From an uncultured delta proteobacterium (lineage in GTDB: Bacteria; Myxococcota; Myxococcia; Myxococcales; Myxococcaceae): DNA of 64,000 nt. Under the pieces are notes generated by a model that made no database searches, was not told the DNA's origin, and worked only from the letters and a program-made list of their open reading frames with translations. The stretch covers positions 1,216,001 to 1,280,000 of the forward strand of contig CAWCKH010000004.1 of the NCBI GenBank assembly GCA_963796055.1, in the 5' to 3' direction. A program made the translations under genes and the position numbers. Positions within the stretch are counted from its first letter, which is position 1. Every line of letters begins with the position of its first letter. Positions 37,031 through 47,700 of the stretch are shown in pieces.

Positions 37031-39193
37031 GTGACGCGTTCCTTGATTGCCGTTCCTGCTGCCGCCCTGCTCGCCTGTGCCAGTGGGCCCACCCCCACCC
37101 CTCCGGCCGCCGGAACCCCGGTGGCGGGTCCTGACACCCCCCGGACGGCCCCGCTGGTGCAGCCGCCTCCGCTCGAGGAGCTTCCGGTGGGCGCCGCCGC
37201 GGCGCGTCTCTCCGGACCCGCCTCGGAGCTCACCGCCGCGTGCAAGGACGCCATCGCCAGAGCCCGCGCCGGATTGGAAGCCCTGAAGGCCACGCCGGCG
37301 CCCAGGGACACGCTGGCCACCCTCACCGGGTACGACGATGCGACCGCAGTGATCAACGACCTCGACTTCCAGGCCGAGCTCGCCCGACAGGCCAGCCCCG
37401 ATGGCGAGATGCGCAAGGCCGGGGAGGAGTGCGACCGGCAGATCCAGGCGCTCGGCACCACCATCTATCAGGACCGCGCCCTCTACGACGTGCTGTCGGG
37501 GCTCGATCTCTCCGCTCAGGACGGGACCACCGTCTGGTGGATGAAGCGCGACCTCCTCGAGTTCCGACGTGCCGGCGTGGACCGCGACGACGCCACCCGG
37601 GAGAAGGTCCGCCAGCTCAGCGACGAGGTGGTGGCCATCGGTCAGGAATTCGATCGCAACATCCGTCAGGGCACCAAGACCGTCTCCTTCACCCCCGCCG
37701 AGCTGACCGGATTGCCCGAGGACTTCCGGAAGGCGCACCCGCCAGGTGCGGAGGGGATGATTGCGCTCACCACCGATTATCCGGACTACCACCCGTTCAT
37801 GGCCTACGCCCGCGACCGCAAGGCCCGGGAGAAGTTCTGGCGCGCCTCCAACACCCGCGCCTCGCCCGCGAACGTGGAGGTGCTCTCTCGTCTGCTCGTG
37901 AAGCGGTACGAGCTGGCCACGGTTCTCGGCTACGCGAGCTGGGCCGACTACACCACTGAGAACAAGATGATCGGGACCGGCCGCGCCGCATCGGAGTTCG
38001 TGGACCGGATCTCCCGGGCGGCGGCCGAGCGTTCCCGCAAGGAGCTGGCCCGGGTGCTGGCCCGCGAGCGCAAGGACATCCCCGCCGCGACGCAGGTCGC
38101 CTCGTGGGACTACGGCTACTACTCGGACCGGGTGAAGAGCGAGCAGTACCGCTTCGACGCCAAGGCGGCTCGTCCCTACTTCGAGTTCGATCGGGTGCTC
38201 CACGGAGTGCTGGACGTCTCCGGCCGCCTGCTCGACCTCTCCTACCGTCCGGTCGAGGGAGCCACCGTCTGGCATCCGGAGGTGCGGGTGTACGACGTCA
38301 TCGCCGGACCGTCCTTCGGAGAGCGCGCTGGACGCTCCCTGGGCCGCATCTACCTCGACCTCCATCCCCGGGAGAACAAGTACAAGCACGCCGCGATGTA
38401 CGGGGTGGTCTCCGGTCAGGCTGGGCGTCGGCTGCCGGAGGGTTCGTTGCTCTGCAACCTCCCTCGCTCGGGCGGACTCATGGAGTACGACGACGTCCGG
38501 ACGCTGTTCCACGAGTTCGGCCATCTGGTGCACCACATCGTCGGCGGGCACACCCGCTGGGCGGCGAACTCCGGGGTGCGCAACGAGCAGGACTTCGTCG
38601 AGGCACCCTCGCAGATGCTCGAGGAGTGGATGCGCGACCCCGGCGTGCTCCAGAGCTTCGCCCGCGAGGTGAAGACCGGGAAGCCCATCCCGGCGACGAT
38701 GGTGAAGCAGCTCCGCGCCGCAGAGGAGTTCGGGAAGGGCGTCGACGTGCGTCAGCAGATGTTCTACGCCGCGACCAGCCTCCACCTCTACGATCGCGAC
38801 CCCCGAACGCTCGAGCTGACGCCCTTCGTCGCCGACATCCAGTCGCGCTACGGGCCGTTCCCCTTCGTGCCCGGGACCACGTACTACACGGCCTTCGGCC
38901 ACCTGAACGGGTACAGCGCCGTTTACTACACGTACATGTGGTCGAAGGTCATCGCCAAGGACCTGTTCACCGCGTTCCAGGCGACGGGGATGTTCGATCC
39001 GGCCACGGCCCGGCGCTATCGCGAGAACATCCTCGAGCCGGGCGGCGGAAAGCCTGCCAGGGTGCTGGTGGCGGACTTCCTCGGACGCCCCTATGACTTC
39101 CGGGCCTACGAAGCGTGGCTCAAGGAAGGGGACTCGCCGCCGAGGCGGGCTCCCGGATCCGCGCCGGCGGGCTCGGCACGAATGGTGAGGTGA
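37031..39193 (+). CDS. M3-family (thimet oligopeptidase-like) metallopeptidase lipoprotein, copy 1
   Basis: LLAC lipobox, FHEFGH, DFVEAPSQMLE, GHLNGYSAVYYTYMWS. Confidence 0.92.
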   Translation: MTRSLIAVPAAALLACASGPTPTPPAAGTPVAGPDTPRTAPLVQPPPLEELPVGAAAARLSGPASELTAACKDAIARARAGLEALKATPAPRDTLATLTGYDDATAVINDLDFQAELARQASPDGEMRKAGEECDRQIQALGTTIYQDRALYDVLSGLDLSAQDGTTVWWMKRDLLEFRRAGVDRDDATREKVRQLSDEVVAIGQEFDRNIRQGTKTVSFTPAELTGLPEDFRKAHPPGAEGMIALTTDYPDYHPFMAYARDRKAREKFWRASNTRASPANVEVLSRLLVKRYELATVLGYASWADYTTENKMIGTGRAASEFVDRISRAAAERSRKELARVLARERKDIPAATQVASWDYGYYSDRVKSEQYRFDAKAARPYFEFDRVLHGVLDVSGRLLDLSYRPVEGATVWHPEVRVYDVIAGPSFGERAGRSLGRIYLDLHPRENKYKHAAMYGVVSGQAGRRLPEGSLLCNLPRSGGLMEYDDVRTLFHEFGHLVHHIVGGHTRWAANSGVRNEQDFVEAPSQMLEEWMRDPGVLQSFAREVKTGKPIPATMVKQLRAAEEFGKGVDVRQQMFYAATSLHLYDRDPRTLELTPFVADIQSRYGPFPFVPGTTYYTAFGHLNGYSAVYYTYMWSKVIAKDLFTAFQATGMFDPATARRYRENILEPGGGKPARVLVADFLGRPYDFRAYEAWLKEGDSPPRRAPGSAPAGSARMVR

Positions 39194-39259
39194 GCAGGCC
39201 TCGCCGGACGCGATGTGGCAGAGTGCCGCGCTCTCCGCTCTCCCCAAGGAACTCGACGG

Positions 39260-41401
39260 ATGCGCCTCGCCCTCTCCCTCGCCACGCTCACGGTCCTTGC
39301 CTGTTCCACCGGCCCGAAACCAGCGCCCGCGCCCTCGACCGGGGGCGCCACGACGGCCGCGCCCGCACCGGTGAAGGCGCCGCCGCCGCTCGACGAGGCG
39401 GTGGGGACCGCGGCCGCCCGCATCTCGGGGCCCGTACCGGCGTTCACCGCCGCCTGCCAGGACGCGATGGCCCGCACCCGCGCCGGACTGGAGGCGGTGA
39501 AGGCCAGCCGGCCGCCCCGGGACACGGTGGCCGCGCTCACCGGCTACGACGACGCGCTGGCCGCCATCAACGACCTGGACGCGCAGTCGGAGCTGGCGCG
39601 GCAGGGCAGCCCGGACCCGGCGATGCGCAAGGCGGCCGAGGAGTGCGACCGGCAGATCCAGGCGATGTTCACCGCCATCAATCAGGACCGCGCGCTCTAC
39701 GACGTGCTCTCCGCGCTCGACCTCTCCGGCCAGGACGGCACCACGCGGTGGTGGATGACCCGCGACCTGCGCGAGTTCCGCCGCGCCGGCGTGGACCGTG
39801 ACGACGCCACCCGCGAGAAGGTGCGGGCGCTCAGCGACGAGCTGGTGGCCATCGGGCAGGAGTTCGACCGCAACATCCCCGCCGACGTGAAGAAGGTCGC
39901 CTTCGCTCCGGCCGATCTCGCCGGACTGCCGGCCGACTTCCTCGCCGCGCACCCGCCGGGTCCGGACGGGAAGATCGTCCTCACCACCGACTACCCGGAT
40001 TACTTCCCGGTGCGGAGCTACGCCCGGAAGGCCAGCACGCGCGAGGCCATGTTCCGGGCCTTCCTGACCCGGGCGGCCCCCCAGAACATCGCGGTGCTCG
40101 AGCGGCTGCTGGTGAAGCGGCAGGAGCTGGCCCGGACGCTCGGGTACGCGAACTGGGCGGACTACGTGACGGAGAACAAGATGATCCGCACCGGCAAGGC
40201 GGCCTCGGATTTCATCGAGCGCATCACTGCCGCCTCCGGGGACCGCGCCGCCCGGGAGAAGAAGGTGCTCCTGGAGCGCAAGCGGAAGGACCTCCCGGGA
40301 GCGAAGGCGCTCGACCCGTGGGACATCGTCTACTACGGCGAGCGGGTGAAGGCGGAGCGCTACCGGTTCGACGCGCAGCAGGCCCGGCCGTACTTCGAGG
40401 CGGGGCGCGTCTTCCAGGGCGTGCTCGACGTCTCGGGCAAGCTGTTCGACATCTCGTACCGACCGGTGGAGAACGTCATCGTCTGGCACCCGGACGTGCG
40501 CACCTTCGACGTCATCGCCGGGCCGTCGTTCGGGGACCGGGCCGGCAAGTCACTGGGGCGCATCTACCTGGACCTCCATCCGCGCGACGGCAAGTTCAAG
40601 CATGCCGCCCAGTTCACCGTCGTCTCCGGGCAAGCGGGGCACCGGCTCCCGGAGGGCGCGCTGCTCTGCAACTTCCCGAAGCCGGGCGGGCTGATGGAGT
40701 ACGACGACGTGAGGACGCTGTTCCACGAGTTCGGGCACCTGGTGCACCACGTCCTCGGGGGGCACACGCGCTGGGCGGCGAACTCGGGCGTCCGGACCGA
40801 GCAGGACTTCGTCGAGGCGCCGTCGCAGATGCTGGAGGAGTGGGTGCGCGACCCTGGCGTGCTGCAGAGCTTCGCCCGGCACGTGAAGACCGGTCAGCCC
40901 ATCCCGGCGAAGATGGTGGAGCAGCTTCGCATCGCCGAGGAGTTCGGAAAGGGCCTCGAGGTCCGACGCCAGATGTACCTGGCGGCGGTCAGCCTGCACC
41001 TGCACGACCGTGACGCGCGCGGGCTGGACTCCACCGCCGTGGTGGCCGAGTCGATGGAGAGGTACTGGACCTTTCCCTACGTGAAGGGCACCTACCAGCA
41101 GGCGTCGTTCGGCCACCTGAACGGGTACAGCGCCGTGTACTACACGTACATGTGGTCCCTGGTCATCGCCAAGGACATGTTCACTCCCTTCGCCAGCAAG
41201 GGCGTGTTCGATCGCGAGGCCGCGACGCGCTACCGCGAGCGGGTGCTGGAGCAGGGTGGAGGAAAGCCGGCCGCGGATCTCGTCGCCGACTTCCTGGGGC
41301 GGCCGTACGACTTCAGGGCCTACGAGGCCTGGCTCGACCGGGGAGCGCTCCCCGGCCGGGCGACGGGTCCGGCGCGCGCCGGTCCAGCGACGGTGCACTG
41401 A
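39260..41401 (+). CDS. M3-family metallopeptidase lipoprotein, copy 2
   Basis: VLAC lipobox and the same catalytic motifs; colinear paralog of copy 1. Confidence 0.92.
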   Translation: MRLALSLATLTVLACSTGPKPAPAPSTGGATTAAPAPVKAPPPLDEAVGTAAARISGPVPAFTAACQDAMARTRAGLEAVKASRPPRDTVAALTGYDDALAAINDLDAQSELARQGSPDPAMRKAAEECDRQIQAMFTAINQDRALYDVLSALDLSGQDGTTRWWMTRDLREFRRAGVDRDDATREKVRALSDELVAIGQEFDRNIPADVKKVAFAPADLAGLPADFLAAHPPGPDGKIVLTTDYPDYFPVRSYARKASTREAMFRAFLTRAAPQNIAVLERLLVKRQELARTLGYANWADYVTENKMIRTGKAASDFIERITAASGDRAAREKKVLLERKRKDLPGAKALDPWDIVYYGERVKAERYRFDAQQARPYFEAGRVFQGVLDVSGKLFDISYRPVENVIVWHPDVRTFDVIAGPSFGDRAGKSLGRIYLDLHPRDGKFKHAAQFTVVSGQAGHRLPEGALLCNFPKPGGLMEYDDVRTLFHEFGHLVHHVLGGHTRWAANSGVRTEQDFVEAPSQMLEEWVRDPGVLQSFARHVKTGQPIPAKMVEQLRIAEEFGKGLEVRRQMYLAAVSLHLHDRDARGLDSTAVVAESMERYWTFPYVKGTYQQASFGHLNGYSAVYYTYMWSLVIAKDMFTPFASKGVFDREAATRYRERVLEQGGGKPAADLVADFLGRPYDFRAYEAWLDRGALPGRATGPARAGPATVH

Positions 41402-41422
41402 GCCGCCTGACGACACCCTGAC

Positions 41423-42757
41423 TTACAGAGAGCGAAGGAAGGTGAGCAGCTGCTCCTGCGACTGGGGCGGGAGTGCATCGAACGCCTTCCGGGCTCCTCC
41501 CGCCTCTCCCTGGTGCCGGGCGATGGCCTCCCGGAGGGTGGACGAGAGCCCGTCGTGCATCAGCCGGCTCCGGGTGCGGAGACCCCACAGCGGCGCGGTG
41601 CGGATCCGGTTGGCGCTGGCGGCGAAGGTCTCCTGCATCCCGACGAACTGCGGGCCGTGGTGCTCCGGGACGGCGAGCACGATGCCGTCGCCCGACCCCA
41701 CGTCGTGCGTCAGGTAGTCGCTGTAGGGATGGATGGTGCGGCTCCCCAGCGCCGGCGGGACACGGTAGTCACCGCCGAGGAGCGGCGTGCCGGCGGGCAT
41801 GGTGGTGAGCGTCGGCGCGTGGCAGACCGCGCAGCCGATGGTCTCGAAGAGCGTCCCGCCGTTTCGCGCCTCGGGGGTGGCTGCCAGCCGCGCGTCCCGG
41901 GGCGGAGCCTTGGTGGCCCGGATGAAGCGGGCGAAGCGTTCCAGATCGGTGACCCCGGTCTCGTCGGGCCCGTCCTCCGGATCGGCCACCGAGTCGCAGA
42001 GCGAGGTGACGTCCACCGGCCGGAGCCGGCTGGTCACGCCCATCTCGTTCAGGTACGCGTCCGCGGAGAACGAGAGCAGGCTGGCGTGCTCCGACTTCCA
42101 GCCGAACCGACCGACACGGACGGTCCCCGGTGACTCGAGCACCGGCACCAGCATCGGCGTCCCGCACACGCCGAGCTCGGGCTGGCCGCACTGCCACCGC
42201 GCGATGGCCTGGAGCAGCTCGTCGGGCACCGCCTCGACGTAGCCGTCGCCGAGCAGGCTGATGGAGATCCGCAGGGCGCGGATGTCCTCTCCGTCGGGGA
42301 GGTGCTCCTGGGCGTCACGGTCCGGGAACTCGGCGCCGGGGCAGATCGCCTTGTCGTTGATCAGCGTCCTTCCACTGACGACGACGGTGCCACCTCCGAT
42401 GCGGACCTCGGGAAAGTGGAACACACCTTGTGCGTCGCGGTGCCCGGCGCGGAGCTCGGTCACCTGGCTGCCACCACCGGCCACCGGGTTCTCGTGGCAG
42501 TCGCGGCAGGAGTGCGCGTTGTAGAGCGGCCCGAGGCCCGAGGAGATCTCCTCCTGGTCGTCGAAGGCGGCCTGGTCCGACCGGTGGGTGGCGAGATCCA
42601 CCATCCCGTTCGGCTGGCCATCGAACGCCGCCGGCGCATCGCCCAGCTCCGGCGCCCGGGCAGGGGCCGGCTTGGGCACCGGGGCGTAGACCGGGGAGTA
42701 GGTCGCCGTCGGGGTGCAGGCGGCATAGACGAGGACACAGGTGAGCACCCACCGCAT
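41423..42757 (-). CDS. Di-heme oxidoreductase family (DUF1111/DHOR) lipoprotein
   Basis: GLGPLYNAHSCRDCH, GRFGWK, GCAVCH, RTAPLWGL, LMHDG. Confidence 0.85.
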   Translation of the reverse strand: MRWVLTCVLVYAACTPTATYSPVYAPVPKPAPARAPELGDAPAAFDGQPNGMVDLATHRSDQAAFDDQEEISSGLGPLYNAHSCRDCHENPVAGGGSQVTELRAGHRDAQGVFHFPEVRIGGGTVVVSGRTLINDKAICPGAEFPDRDAQEHLPDGEDIRALRISISLLGDGYVEAVPDELLQAIARWQCGQPELGVCGTPMLVPVLESPGTVRVGRFGWKSEHASLLSFSADAYLNEMGVTSRLRPVDVTSLCDSVADPEDGPDETGVTDLERFARFIRATKAPPRDARLAATPEARNGGTLFETIGCAVCHAPTLTTMPAGTPLLGGDYRVPPALGSRTIHPYSDYLTHDVGSGDGIVLAVPEHHGPQFVGMQETFAASANRIRTAPLWGLRTRSRLMHDGLSSTLREAIARHQGEAGGARKAFDALPPQSQEQLLTFLRSL

Positions 42758-42924
42758 GGGGCACCTCCGTGGCGTCCGCGCTCCCCCACCCCAGACGCTG
42801 CGGGGGAGGTTCTACCCCTCCGGGCAGCGGACGGGCAAACGGCCCCCAGGAGGGATTGCCCGGGCGAGCTCGCTGCAGCCCGCACCGGGTCCCCGTCACG
42901 CGTTCGGCACGGCGCTCCGGACGC

Positions 42925-43170
42925 TCAGGCCCGCTTCTTCAGCTCGGCCTGGTGCTCGCCGATGAAGGCCCGGATGTCGTCGGCCATGTCGAGCAGCTTC
43001 AGCCACTGCTCCTGGTACAGCGTCACCGGGAAGCGTCCGAGCCCGTAGACCGAGAGCCCGCCCTTCTCGCTGACCTTCATCGACACTGCACCGGACCGCC
43101 TGTTCCGGAGCGACTCGTTCTCCGCCTTCAGCCGCTCCAGCTCGGCCCGTAGCTCGTCCTCGGTGGGCAT
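42925..43170 (-). CDS. Small conserved-looking hypothetical protein
   Basis: Coiled-coil N-terminus followed by KVSEKGGLSVYGLGRFPVTLYQEQW; strong codon bias. Confidence 0.8.
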   Translation of the reverse strand: MPTEDELRAELERLKAENESLRNRRSGAVSMKVSEKGGLSVYGLGRFPVTLYQEQWLKLLDMADDIRAFIGEHQAELKKRA

Positions 43171-43208
43171 GGGGGGAAGCGTGCACCGGCCAGGAGCCGG
43201 CGTCGAGA

Positions 43209-43228
43209 GGCGGGCACGATTGCCCGCC
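43209..43228 (-). terminator. GC-rich hairpin downstream of the GYD gene
   Basis: GGCGGGCA-CGAT-TGCCCGCC; no clear U-tract. Confidence 0.3.
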
Positions 43229-43245
43229 CCCCGGCGTCCGGCAAG

Positions 43246-43539
43246 TCAGGGCAGCGCCGAGACGAGCTTCCGGTACTCGGGCTCGGTGAAGACCCGCATG
43301 GTGTCGGTGCGGACGTTTCCCTGCGTGCCGATGCTCAGCGCCAGGCGCGCCGCCACCTCGTCGCTCGGGCCCTCCATGACCACCACGGCGTCGTAGTTTC
43401 CCAGAGCGAGGTAGAACGCCTTGATCTCCGCTCCGGCGGACTGGAAGGCCTTCTTCGCCGCTTCCAGGCGCGCCGGGCCTTCCTTGATGTTGCGAATGCC
43501 CTGATCGGTGAAGCGCATCAGCGTCACGTAGGTCGGCAT
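43246..43539 (-). CDS. GYD domain-containing protein
   Basis: MPTYVTLMRFTDQG...LGNYDAV...GNVRTDT; AAGGAG RBS. Confidence 0.85.
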   Translation of the reverse strand: MPTYVTLMRFTDQGIRNIKEGPARLEAAKKAFQSAGAEIKAFYLALGNYDAVVVMEGPSDEVAARLALSIGTQGNVRTDTMRVFTEPEYRKLVSALP

Positions 43540-43757
43540 TGTCACCACTCCTTCGCGAGGCCGACGCCGGCACTGTGCCTGCGCCGGTCGAGACACAGTG
43601 AACCCGTGCGCGGGTCGGCCGCAAGCGACGCCGGGCGCGGGCCCCCGCCCGGCCGTTGCCGCGGAGCTGAAATCCGCCCGGGCCCGATCGCTGGCCAAAG
43701 GACGCCATCGAGCGGCTCGGCTTTCCCCGACATCCCAGGAGGACCATCCTGGGGCCT

Positions 43758-44747
43758 ATGCGTGCCCAGGTGCTCGAGCGGCCGCGGACCGAGCTCGTGC
43801 TGCGCGAGCTGCAGCCCCCTGCGCTGGGCCGCTCTCAGGTGAGAGTCCAGGTGAGTGCCTGTGGCGTGTGCCGGACGGACCTGCACGTGCTCGACGGCGA
43901 GCTGAGATCGCCGAAGCTTCCGCTCATCCTCGGTCACCAGGTCGTCGGCACCGTGGTGGAGCGGGGTGCGGCCGTGACCGCGCCGGCGCTCGGGGACCGG
44001 GTGGGAATCCCGTGGCTGGGGTGGACCGACGAGACCTGCGCCTGGTGTCGCTCGGGCCGCGAGAACCTGTGCGTGGCGGCGCGCTTCACCGGCTACACGC
44101 TGGACGGCGGCTACGCGGAGCAGGCGGTGGCGGACGCCCGGTTCTGCTTCCCGCTGTCACCGGGCCTGGACGACGTGCACGCCGCCCCGCTGCTCTGCGC
44201 CGGGCTCATCGGCTACCGGGCCCTGCGGCTGGCGGGGAACGCCCCGCGCATCGGCTTCTACGGCTTCGGCTCCTCGGCACACCTCCTCGCCCAGGTTGTG
44301 GTCGCACAGGGCCGGGAGCTGTTCGCCTTCACCCGCGACGGCGACGGGCAGGGGCAGGCCTTCGCCCGCGAGCGCGGCGCGGTGTGGGCGGGAGGCTCGA
44401 GCGAGCGGCCGCCCGTCCCGCTCGACGCGGCGATCGTCTTCGCCTCCGCGGGCGAGCTGGTGGTGCGTGCGCTCGCGGTGCTCGCCCCCGGCGGCACGGT
44501 GGTCTGCGCCGGGATCCACATGAGCGACATCCCGTCGTTCTCCTACGACCTGCTGTGGGAGGAGCGGAGCATCCGCTCGGTGGCCAACCTCACCCGTGAG
44601 GACGGGCACGAGTTCCTCCCCCTCGCCACCCGGCTGGGGGTCGTGCCCGAGGTGACGGTGTTTCCGCTGGAACAGGCGAACGAGGCGCTCCAGGCCCTGC
44701 GCGAGGGGCGCTTCCGCGGCTCCGCCGTGCTCGCCGTCGGCCCCTGA
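43758..44747 (+). CDS. Zinc-dependent alcohol dehydrogenase
   Basis: CGVCRTDLH, GHQVVG, CAWC..ENLC, APLLCAG, GFG. Confidence 0.9.
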   Translation: MRAQVLERPRTELVLRELQPPALGRSQVRVQVSACGVCRTDLHVLDGELRSPKLPLILGHQVVGTVVERGAAVTAPALGDRVGIPWLGWTDETCAWCRSGRENLCVAARFTGYTLDGGYAEQAVADARFCFPLSPGLDDVHAAPLLCAGLIGYRALRLAGNAPRIGFYGFGSSAHLLAQVVVAQGRELFAFTRDGDGQGQAFARERGAVWAGGSSERPPVPLDAAIVFASAGELVVRALAVLAPGGTVVCAGIHMSDIPSFSYDLLWEERSIRSVANLTREDGHEFLPLATRLGVVPEVTVFPLEQANEALQALREGRFRGSAVLAVGP

Positions 44748-44791
44748 GGCCCCGCACCGCTTGCGTCTGCGTCGCCCGGCTGCGGAGCGGC

Positions 44792-47700
44792 TCAGCGGGT
44801 GAGGACGAACGCGCAGACCGAGTCCAGCTGGAGCTGGAGCCCGTCGAGCGCCTCGGCGAGCCTCCGGTGGTGGGCGCGCTCCTCGTCGAGCTGCGCCTGG
44901 ATCGCCGCGGGCGCCAGCCCCTGGTGCCGCAGCGCCCGGTCCAGCCGCTCCAGCACCCGGTCGCGTTCGTCGTCCAGCTTCCTCCGCGCCTCCGCCCGGA
45001 GGGACCGCAGCTGGCCAGTCGCCGCGCGCGTGGCCTCGGCGATCGCCGGGTCGACGAACGCCGCCAGGTCGGGAAACGCGGCGCGGATCTGGTCGCCCTG
45101 GAGGGAGCGGCCCTCCTCGCGGGCCAGCAGGTCGAGCAGCTTCGGCTCGAGCCCGGGAGCGCCGTCCGGCCGGGCGGTCACCACCACCGGGATGAGACTC
45201 CGGTCGAGCACGCGCGAGAGCTGCCGCGAAGGCACGCGGGACCCGGGGCTGGTGTCCTCGGGCTCGGGCGGCACGACGTGGAACAGGACCTCGAGCCCGC
45301 GGGCCGTCGGGCCACGGTGCTGGATGGCCCGGCAACCGTTTCGACCGTAGGGCCCGTCGCGCAGGAAGCCGAACAGCGCCTCGACGATGGGGTGCCCGGT
45401 GGCGAAGAAGTCGATCTCCTCCTGCTCCACCGCGGTGTCGCGCCAGAAGGTCCCGAGCACGGTGCGCTCCTCGCCCAGCTGCAGCCCGGGCAGCGCCTCG
45501 ACTTTGAGCGCGTGGCCGAAGTGGAACGCGCACTGGAAGGCGTCCACCTGCTCGTCGGTGTCGACGCCGATGCCCACCCGCCGCGCCAGCTCGGTCACCG
45601 CCTCCTCGAGCCGCTCGTCCAGGTCGCGGGCGATGGCCCACAGCCCGTCCTCGAGTGAACCGCCCTCTTCGAGGTCGAGCCCCATGCGGGCGCCGGCCCG
45701 GTCGACCAGGGCCTGCACCGCGTCCCGGTCGAAGCTGCGCTCGTCGAGCAGCGGGTCGTACGCACGGCGGATGGCGCTCCGGGCCTCGGCCACGCGGGCG
45801 GCGAGCGCGGTCCGGTACTCGGCGCGCTCCATCGGGCTGGCCAGGGCGAGCTCGAGGATGCGGGGCTCGACCTCTTCCAGCACCGCATCCAGGCCACCCA
45901 CCGTCTCTCCGAAGACCCCCACCGCATCCGCCAGCAGCGACAGCACGTCGGAGGCCAGCGCGCCCCGAACGTCGAACACGTGGATGTCCACCGGCTGGGT
46001 CTGACCGATGCGGTCCAGCCGGCCGATGCGCTGCTCCATGGTGGCCGGGCTCCAGGGCAGGTCGTAGTTCACCAGGTGGTGGGCGAACTGGAAGTTGCGC
46101 CCCTCTCCGCCCACCTCGGTGGACAGCAGCAGCTTCGGGCCGTCGGGGTCACGGAAGCGGGCCACCTGGCGGTCGCGCTCCACCAGCAAGAGATCTCCGT
46201 GGTAGCCGAGCGCCTCGATCCCGTCGGCGGAGAGCAGGGCCCGGAGACTCTCCAGCGTGGCCTGGGCCTCGGTGAAGAGCAGGACCTTGGCCTCCGGCTC
46301 GTCCTCCCAGATGTCGTCCAGCAGCGCCCGGAGCGCCTGGTACTTCGCGTCGCGCTCCGGGAGGACGGGCGGGGCGGGGAGCACCCCGCTCGCCGCCTGG
46401 GCGAAGGCGGCCGGGGAGGAGTCGAGGCGGCGGAGCAGTCCGGCGAGCGCAGCGCCCCGGATCGAGCCCGTCATGACGGCCCCGAGCACGGCGTCCCGGG
46501 CCACCCGCTCCGGCTCCGGCGGCTCGACCACGTGCCGGTGGAGCCTGCGGGCGCTGAACCCGCCCACGCGCGCTCGCCGGTTGCGGATCAATGCCTCGGA
46601 GAGGCTGTAGGTCTCGGCCAGGTACCCGAGGAGCGCCTGGCGATGCCGGAGCGTGGCCAGCGCGGGGTCGTCGGGAAACCGGGCACGCAGCGCGCTCACT
46701 GCCGCAGCGGCCTCCGGGTCGTCTCCTTCCAGCAGGGCGCGGACGGTGCGGGAGAGCGCCTCCTGGCGATCCATCCGCGCCCGGAAGGAGCGGGCGTCCG
46801 GCGCAGTCAGCGGATCGAGGAGGGTGAGGAGCGCCCGGTACTCGTCCGGGTCGAGCTGCATCGGCGTCGCGGTCAGGAGCAAGAGCCCCCAGGTGTGGGC
46901 GGCGATCGCCTCGATCGCCGCGAACGCCTTCTCGCCGCGGAGGTGATGCGCCTCGTCGACGATGACCAGGTCCCAGCCGGCGGCGGCGACCTCGCGGATC
47001 TCGTCCGGGGAGCGCGAAAGGAGCTCGAGGCTGGTGACGACGCGCGGGAAGCGTTCCCACGGGGAGGTGTCGGGCTCCTCGCGGCGACTGCGGGCGAGCC
47101 GGTCGCCGTCCACCAGGGTGAAGAGCTGCTGGAACTTGTGGAACAGCTCGGCCAGCCACTGCACCGTGAGGTGGCTGGGGGCGACCACCAGGACCCGCGC
47201 GGCGAGGCCGGAGAGGCGGAGCGCGGAGAAGATCATCCCCGCCTCGATGGTCTTCCCCAGCCCCACCTCGTCGGCGAGGACGAACCGTGGCCGGCGCGAC
47301 GAGAGCACCCGCTGCACCACGCCGACCTGATGCGGCTTCACCATCACCCGGCTGGCGAGCAGCGCCCCCAGCGCGTCGTTCCGACGTTCCTCGTCGAGCG
47401 TCAGCGCCTGGCGGCGGAGGAGAAAGGCGCGGGCATCGGCCACCCGGCCCTCGCGCAGGGTGGTGAGGAGGTCGGTGTCCGGCGGCGGCGCCAGGACCTC
47501 CGACTCCGGCAGCTCGTCCTCGGTCCCGTCCTCGTAGCGAAGGACGTACCGCCGCAGCCCGCGCCCACCGGGCTCCTCGCCGCTGACGGTCGCCGGTCGA
47601 CCCTTCGCGGTGCGGACCCGGTCACCGGGGGCGAACGGGTGCGGGACCAGGGTGTTGCCACGGGTGGAGACCAGCGTCGGCTGCGCTCGACCCGGGAACA

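Noticed and set aside
34931..40489. 1852-aa minus-strand ORF
   Set aside because: Antisense shadow of OSC and the M3 peptidases. High GC3 bias suppresses antisense stops, and there are no recognisable motifs.
43545..43750. Hairpin-rich region between the GYD and ADH genes as a riboswitch
   Set aside because: Several GC stems but no recognisable aptamer core; expected by chance at this GC content.
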